DNA of 43,036 nt from a virus (taxonomy: Duplodnaviria; Caudoviricetes), in IMG/VR virus record IMGVR_UViG_3300032303_003357, positions 1 to 43,036 of that record, one strand, 5' to 3'. The notes beneath the pieces are model-generated. The model was given only the letters and a program-made list of their open reading frames with translations. It did no database searches and was not told the origin of the DNA. Each line of letters starts with the position of its first letter. The stretch's first letter is position 1. Both the position numbers and the translations under genes were made by a program. Positions 41,221 to 43,036 of this stretch are shown piece by piece.

Positions 41221-41248
41221 ATTATACCGGTTGCTTTAAAATAGTCAA
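41221..41248 (-). promoter_or_regulatory. Sigma70-like promoter for the tmRNA: TTGACT-N16-TATAAT
   Basis: -35 at 41248-41243, -10 at 41226-41221, ending 22 nt upstream of the mature 5' end. Confidence 0.75.
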
Positions 41249-41264
41249 GAAATAAATAAAAAAT

Positions 41265-41459
41265 ATGTCAACACCAGCAGCCAAAGCAACAGCAGTCCCC
41301 GGATTTAAAACATCCCGCCCAAAGTATCGTTTTCTTGGAGATAAAAGAGTTATACCAGTACAAAGCGGTCGTAAAATGATTGGATATGTAGACGGAGAAG
41401 CTGTGGTTGACGCCAACGGAAAAGAGATTCCGTTCAAGATGATTGGTGAATTACGTTAA
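41265..41459 (+). CDS. Small hypothetical late protein
   Basis: 64 aa; TAAATA 41253-41258 six nt before ATG. Confidence 0.65.
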   Translation: MSTPAAKATAVPGFKTSRPKYRFLGDKRVIPVQSGRKMIGYVDGEAVVDANGKEIPFKMIGELR

Positions 41460-41650
41460 GGTTTATCGTAACCTATAGTTCTCAAAGCCCATTGATCATA
41501 AACATTATAGCATGTTAAAGATGGGTTTTCTGTATCTACTAAAACAGAAGTTACAGCTGGCCAAGTCGTTTTATTTATACTCGTTAAATTGACAAACGAT
41601 TGATAAAACCGTGTTTGAAAAGTATCTACATAATTAATCTGAATAGGCAT
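41456..41650 (-). CDS. Small hypothetical late protein resembling the N-terminus of the 41718 ORF
   Basis: 64 aa; TAAATA (41661-41656) 5 nt before ATG; YQxFVxL..[WF]P..V..SL...VY pattern shared. Confidence 0.65.
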   Translation of the reverse strand: MPIQINYVDTFQTRFYQSFVNLTSINKTTWPAVTSVLVDTENPSLTCYNVYDQWALRTIGYDKP

Positions 41651-41717
41651 ATTATTATTTATTACGGAATATGCTTATAATTTCATATACTATGTAGAGT
41701 TTTATTAAATAATTAAT

Positions 41718-43036
41718 ATGTCCTACAATTCTGACGTACGAGCTAATCAAGAATTAGTAGAATATCAAAAATTTGTCGAGCTACAGGGAGACAATAGATT
41801 TCCACCTATTTCGACTGTTAGATGGGAATATACAGATGGAGGCGCTTCTTTAAGCTCTATAAGTGTATATCCAAAATACGGTGTTATAACATATCTTGCT
41901 AATGCTTCTGATATTCAGCTTACACTTTCTGCGAGTAATGTAGATATTGGCGATGTTGGTATCTTAGATCATTATACAACTGGTGAAACAGTTCGTGCAC
42001 AAGTAATATATACAAATACAGTAGTCGCTTCCGGTCTTGATTATGATATGGGCGCACTATCTGTCAAACCATATGGTATTACAGATGTTAGTGTAACTAA
42101 CACAGTAGCAGTTTCAGGTAATGTTACTGTTAATAATTTAAACACTTATATTAGCTCTATAACTGGTAATCAAGCAACTGAAATTACCCTACAGAAAGTA
42201 TTAACTGGAAAAGATTTTGCTACCGATACAAGCGTGAGAGCTTTAACAGCGGTAACGTATAATAATATTGTTACCAATACCGTAGCTATTAGTACTTCAC
42301 AGACATTACCGGTAAGTGGTTCGGTAACGGTTTTAAATCCTACCACCGGTGTTAATATTCTCAATACCGCAGCTGTTTCTGGTTCTGTTACGATTATAAG
42401 TCCAATTACTTCCGTTCAAGTTTATACAAATAGTAATACTCTTGCAGTATCTGGTAATATGTCAGTTACTAACACTGTTGCCATTAGCACCGCACAAACA
42501 TTGCCAGTAACTATTACCAACAGTATTTCTACTACCCCTGCCGGCATTCAGCAAGTTTCTTATGCAGACGGTTATCAATTGGATCAATCGGGCAGATTGC
42601 GTGTAGCCGCGATTGGTAATCAATGGTGGTACACATCTTCCATAGATAAAGATGGCGATATAAGATTCCAAGAAGCATTTGCAGGAGAAGGTCAAAGCAC
42701 ATATGTGCAGAATTATGCTGCTACATTAATGACGCCTGGTTCAGCATCTGGTGGCAGTGCCATCAGACAAACTCGCAGAAGATTTCCTTTGAGACCAGGT
42801 GTAGGTCAGCAGTGGTTTAGCACTTGGAATTGGGATGGCAATGATGCAGGGGTGGTAAAGAGATGTGGTTGGAACACACAATACAATGGCATGTTCTTTG
42901 AATTGTCTGGAGGCAACATGAATGTGGTGGTTCGCAGAAGATTACCAGATGGCACATTGAATGAATCAAGAGTGTCTCGCGATGAATTCAATGGAGACAA
43001 ATTGAATGGATCAGGGCCTTCTGCAGAGAATTGGAA
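41718..43036 (+). CDS. Fibre/receptor-binding-like virion protein, runs off the window (absent from the ORF track)
   Basis: Hand translation MSYNSDVRANQELVEYQKFVEL... stays open to 43036; VTNTVAVSG/LPVSGSVT shaft repeats; C-terminal LDQSGRLRV..RQTRRRF..PG..NGMFFE..GDKLNGSGPS domain; TAAATA 41706-41711. Confidence 0.8.
   Translation, partial: MSYNSDVRANQELVEYQKFVELQGDNRFPPISTVRWEYTDGGASLSSISVYPKYGVITYLANASDIQLTLSASNVDIGDVGILDHYTTGETVRAQVIYTNTVVASGLDYDMGALSVKPYGITDVSVTNTVAVSGNVTVNNLNTYISSITGNQATEITLQKVLTGKDFATDTSVRALTAVTYNNIVTNTVAISTSQTLPVSGSVTVLNPTTGVNILNTAAVSGSVTIISPITSVQVYTNSNTLAVSGNMSVTNTVAISTAQTLPVTITNSISTTPAGIQQVSYADGYQLDQSGRLRVAAIGNQWWYTSSIDKDGDIRFQEAFAGEGQSTYVQNYAATLMTPGSASGGSAIRQTRRRFPLRPGVGQQWFSTWNWDGNDAGVVKRCGWNTQYNGMFFELSGGNMNVVVRRRLPDGTLNESRVSRDEFNGDKLNGSGPSAENW

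Noticed and set aside
41222-41437. Minus-strand 71-aa ORF and the short minus ORFs at 42170-43000
   Set aside because: Antisense to better-supported plus-strand genes (41265 and the open frame from 41718)
1-43036. Alternative genetic code (stop-codon reassignment) as in some large phages
   Set aside because: Genes of up to 1403 aa are intact and tightly packed in the standard code; the ends I checked are TAA or TGA, so TAG usage cannot be judged here

Overview
AT-rich (roughly 30% GC by eye) segment of a large T4-like myovirus genome, read in the standard code. It carries a tail/baseplate module (tape-measure-like end, gp48-, gp53-, hub-, gp25- and gp6-like genes, and several very large beta-propeller/PKD/LamG structural proteins). 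A small island (TerS-like gene, dUTPase, clamp loader) interrupts the module, and fibre-like genes and a complete phage-encoded tmRNA follow it. The main candidate for an undescribed system is a mucin-type O-glycosylation module: three virion-type proteins with about 200, 200 and 480 aa Thr/Pro/Ser-rich stalks surround a four-gene cassette (GT60 polypeptide GlcNAc-transferase-like, HtrL-type GT, NodU/CmcH carbamoyltransferase, HtrL+GT-A fusion). Other notable signals are a tmRNA with a 33-codon acidic tag ending ELELV, five phycobiliprotein-like CxRD repeats inside a beta-helix fibre, and TAAATA-N5/6-start-codon late promoters that imply leaderless mRNAs. All family calls come from motif recognition by eye; no searches were run.
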